NCBI GenBank assembly: GCA_031372565.1
Contig: JANMLN010000054.1
Coordinates: forward strand, 1 to 64,000
DNA: 64,000 bases
DNA from: Gemmatimonadota bacterium
GTDB lineage: Bacteria > Gemmatimonadota > Gemmatimonadetes > Gemmatimonadales > Gemmatimonadaceae
Reading direction: 5' to 3'
Positions within the stretch are counted from its first letter, which is position 1; each line of letters starts with the position of its first letter. Of this stretch, positions 61,081-64,000 are shown piece after piece. The notes below the pieces were generated by a model, which saw only the letters and a program-made list of their open reading frames with translations, was not told the DNA's origin and did not search any database. Made by a program: the position numbers and the translations under genes.

Positions 61081-62049
61081 ATGACGCGCCGAGGCGGCTC
61101 GTTCCTCCTCCTGCTGCTGTCGCTCGCGGGCGCGAGTGCACGCGCGCAGGACACCAGCGCAGGGCCGGCAAAGCGCGCGTCCGCGTCCGGCGAACTCCGG
61201 CTCACCTATCTCGGCAACGCGGGCTGGGAGATCACCGATGGCATCTCGGTGGTCCTTGTGGACCCGTTCCTCTCGCAGTTCGCGCGCTGGGGTCCCGGTA
61301 GCCCCGCCGCCGACACGCGACGCGACCGGGTGCTCACCCCCGACACCGCGCTGATCGATCGGCATGTCAAGCGCGCCGATTACATCCTCATCACGCACGG
61401 TCACAGCGACCACGCCCTCGACGCCGGGTATATCGCGCGTCGCACGGGCGCGACGATCATCGGCCACGAGACAGCGGCCAACCTCGCGCGCGCCGAACAG
61501 GTGCCGGAGCAGCACCTCATCACGGTCATCGGGGGCGAGGACTACGAGTTCGGCGCGTTCTCCCTCAAGGTCATTCCCAACATCCACAGCGCGCTCGACC
61601 AGAAGCACTACTACAACAACGGCCGCGGGATCACCGGGAACGCCCCGCGCGGACTGCGCGCACCGCTGCGATACGCGGACTTCGTCGAGGGCGGCAACAT
61701 CGCCTATCTCCTGCGCATGGCCGGGCACGAGGTGCTGATCATGGGCTCCATGAACTACATCGAACGCGAGATGGTCGGTCTGCGCCCCGACATCGCGCTG
61801 GTGGGCGCAAACGACCAACGGCGCGAGATCCACGACTACACGGGTCGGCTCATGCGAGCACTCGGCATGCCCGCGCTCGTCATCCCGACGCACGCCGACA
61901 GCTACGGCGATCCCAACCCGCCGGCTGCCGCAGTCGCGAGCCGCGCGCGCTTCGTCGCCGAGGTCAGAGCGGCTTCACCGCGCAGTCGCGTCCTGTTGCC
62001 GGTCTGGTTCGAGCCGATCGTGGTTCCGAAGCGTCGGGCCGGACGCTGA
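61081..62049 (+). CDS. Secreted metallo-beta-lactamase-fold hydrolase
   Basis: Signal peptide; LTYLGNAGW, LVDPF, THGHSDH, HS, IPTH. Confidence 0.88.
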   Translation: MTRRGGSFLLLLLSLAGASARAQDTSAGPAKRASASGELRLTYLGNAGWEITDGISVVLVDPFLSQFARWGPGSPAADTRRDRVLTPDTALIDRHVKRADYILITHGHSDHALDAGYIARRTGATIIGHETAANLARAEQVPEQHLITVIGGEDYEFGAFSLKVIPNIHSALDQKHYYNNGRGITGNAPRGLRAPLRYADFVEGGNIAYLLRMAGHEVLIMGSMNYIEREMVGLRPDIALVGANDQRREIHDYTGRLMRALGMPALVIPTHADSYGDPNPPAAAVASRARFVAEVRAASPRSRVLLPVWFEPIVVPKRRAGR

Positions 62050-62080
62050 TCGTGGGCGGGCGCAGCCATCACGCGAGCCG

Positions 62081-63229
62081 ATGACGCTGTTCGTGCGCGG
62101 CCGCAGCCTCTCGGCCGGTGCCATGCTGCTGGTGACCGCGGCCGCCGAGTATCCGCGCTATGATCGCGTGCTGCTCCTCGAGTCGACGTCGGAGACCTCC
62201 GCCAATGCGAGCTTCGGCGACCTGAACGGCGATGGCAATCTCGACATCGTGCTGGCCAAGGGGCGGCACTGGCCACTCGTGGACCGCGTGCTGATCGGCG
62301 ACGGCAAGGGCGGCATTCGTGAGGCCTACGATCTGGGCGCAGCGTCCGACAAGTCGTACTCGGCGCGCCTCGTGGACCTCGACGGCGATGGCGATCTCGA
62401 CGTGGTGGTCAGCAACGATGCACCGAACCCGAAGCTGGTGTACCTCAACGACGGAACGGGACACTTCACCGTTGGATCGACGTATGGCCGTCCCGAATGG
62501 CCGATGCGGAACGCGACGGTTGCCGACATGAATGGCGACGGCAAGCCGGATATCATCGCGGCCAATCGCACAGGGCGGGCACCGGGGTGGAACTACATCT
62601 GCCTGAACCGCGGGAACGGGACGTTTGACGCCGACTGCATTGCCTTCTCCCCCGAGCCGTCCACGACGATCACGGCTGCCGATTTCAATGGCGACGGGAT
62701 GGTGGACCTGCTCGTGCCGCACCGCAACGGCGGGCAGGGCCGGATCTACTTCGGCGCCAGGAACGCCGATCTCGCACAGTTGCGCAGCATCCCGTTCGGT
62801 CCGGCGGACGGGCAGATCCGCATGGCGGAGGCGGGAGACTTCAACGGTGACGGCACGCTTGATGTCGTGACCATCGACGAGACGCGCGGCATTGCCCTTC
62901 ACCTGGGCATTGGCGACGGGACCTTTGCCGCGCCCGTCGCGATCGGCGACCGGACGCTCATCCCGTATGCGTTGACCGTTGCCGACGTGAACTGCGACGG
63001 GATGATGGATTTCGTCGTGGGACATGTCACCGCGCCGTCCACGGTGTACTTCAATGAAGGATCCGGACGGCGGTTCACCCCCGTGTCGTTCGGGGATTCG
63101 CGGGGCACCGCCTACGGGATCAGCGTCGGCGACTTCGACCGGGATGGACGTCACGACATCGTCGTGGCGCGATCGGATGCCCCCAACGCGCTCTACTTTT
63201 CGTCGGGTCCCGTCGGGCGTTGCAAGTGA
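62081..63229 (+). CDS. FG-GAP/VCBS repeat protein
   Basis: Seven DxNGDGxxD-type Ca-binding repeats. Confidence 0.9.
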   Translation: MTLFVRGRSLSAGAMLLVTAAAEYPRYDRVLLLESTSETSANASFGDLNGDGNLDIVLAKGRHWPLVDRVLIGDGKGGIREAYDLGAASDKSYSARLVDLDGDGDLDVVVSNDAPNPKLVYLNDGTGHFTVGSTYGRPEWPMRNATVADMNGDGKPDIIAANRTGRAPGWNYICLNRGNGTFDADCIAFSPEPSTTITAADFNGDGMVDLLVPHRNGGQGRIYFGARNADLAQLRSIPFGPADGQIRMAEAGDFNGDGTLDVVTIDETRGIALHLGIGDGTFAAPVAIGDRTLIPYALTVADVNCDGMMDFVVGHVTAPSTVYFNEGSGRRFTPVSFGDSRGTAYGISVGDFDRDGRHDIVVARSDAPNALYFSSGPVGRCK

Positions 63230-63285
63230 CCCCTAACGCTGCCCGCCTTCAACCCGCCCGCATCCACTTTCTGGAGTACGTCCCG

Positions 63286-63756
63286 ATGATCCGCTCAAGT
63301 GTCGTGCTCGTGGCCTTGATGGCCAGCGCACTCCATCGGCTCGATGCGCAATCGGACAACCTGCCCACGAAGCGGGTGATCCAGCCGCCGAACTACAAGC
63401 CGACCCCGTCGCCGCTCTCGCCCGCGCTCCTGGTTGGCAACACGCTCTACCTGTCGGGCGCGACCGGTGGTGATCCGGTGAGTGGTCAGCTCGTCGCGGG
63501 CGGCTTCGAGCCGGAGCTGCGGCAGATCATGGCCAACCTGCAGACGGTGCTGAAGGCGGCGGACATGGACCTCACGCAGGTGGTGGCCGTCACGGTCTAC
63601 CTCGCCGACATGTCGGACTTCCGTCGCTTCAACGAAGTGTACCGCGAATACTTCGCGGTCGAACCGCTGCCGACCCGTTCGACCGTGGCGGTCAAGGAAC
63701 TTGCGCGCGGCGCCCGGGTCGAGATCACCATGACCGCGGTGCGTACCCGCCGCTGA
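63286..63756 (+). CDS. RidA/YjgF family protein with N-terminal signal peptide
   Basis: GNTLYLSG, VYLADMSDF..FNEVY..YF...P.RSTV.V..L...RVEI; preceded by MIRSSVVLVALMASA...DAQ. Confidence 0.88.
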   Translation: MIRSSVVLVALMASALHRLDAQSDNLPTKRVIQPPNYKPTPSPLSPALLVGNTLYLSGATGGDPVSGQLVAGGFEPELRQIMANLQTVLKAADMDLTQVVAVTVYLADMSDFRRFNEVYREYFAVEPLPTRSTVAVKELARGARVEITMTAVRTRR

Positions 63757-63829
63757 GCGCAGCAATGCACGATGTGTCGGAGTGGTGCATGCACCGACTG
63801 CTCCGCGTGATGAATCATCAGCCGAGGCC

Positions 63830-64000
63830 ATGTCCATGAGCTCTGTCATCCGTTCGCAGGTCGTCGACATTCCGCACAACATGACCACGACGGCCTTCGA
63901 TATTCACGGCTTTCGCGTGGTCGAGAACATGGGCGTCGTCCGCGGTGTCGTAGTCCGCTCGCGCTCCGTGATCGGTACGTTCGGCGCCAGCCTGCAAACC
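63830..64000 (+). CDS. YbjQ/UPF0145 family protein (runs off window)
   Basis: MTTTAFDIHGFRVVENMGVVRGVVVRSRSVIGTFGASLQT. Confidence 0.8.
   Translation, partial: MSMSSVIRSQVVDIPHNMTTTAFDIHGFRVVENMGVVRGVVVRSRSVIGTFGASLQT

Noticed and set aside
62081..63229. Repeated gacNNNaacggcgacggc units as a nucleotide repeat array
   Set aside because: Explained by FG-GAP protein repeats.

Overview
High-GC bacterial window. The gene content (many Hanks-type kinase/beta-propeller fusions, carboxypeptidase-regulatory-like and BNR proteins) suggests Gemmatimonadota or a similar lineage; this is inference only. The left half (1-35 kb) is an accessory region in active turnover. It holds a tandem array of five Ser/Thr kinase genes with near-identical kinase domains but very divergent PD40/TolB-like beta-propeller C-termini. 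The array is interrupted by an AAA+/PD-(D/E)XK gene and a PAL-like NHL lipoprotein gene, and carries vestigial kinase starts and fragments. Further along are an ECF sigma/anti-sigma operon with two CBM48-like proteins, a GMC oxidoreductase, vapBC, a sixth kinase (TPR type), IS scars and several gene fragments. The right half is mainly metabolic: AAE transporter, a 2.8k-aa cyclic beta-1,2-glucan synthase with a possible polyproline leader peptide, katG, a three-gene 2-oxoacid:acceptor oxidoreductase operon, MFS, acyltransferase, ppc, nitroreductase, MBL hydrolase, FG-GAP protein, a signal-peptide-bearing RidA and the start of a YbjQ gene. No rRNA, tRNA or CRISPR array was seen. All calls come from motif reading by eye; no database searches were run.
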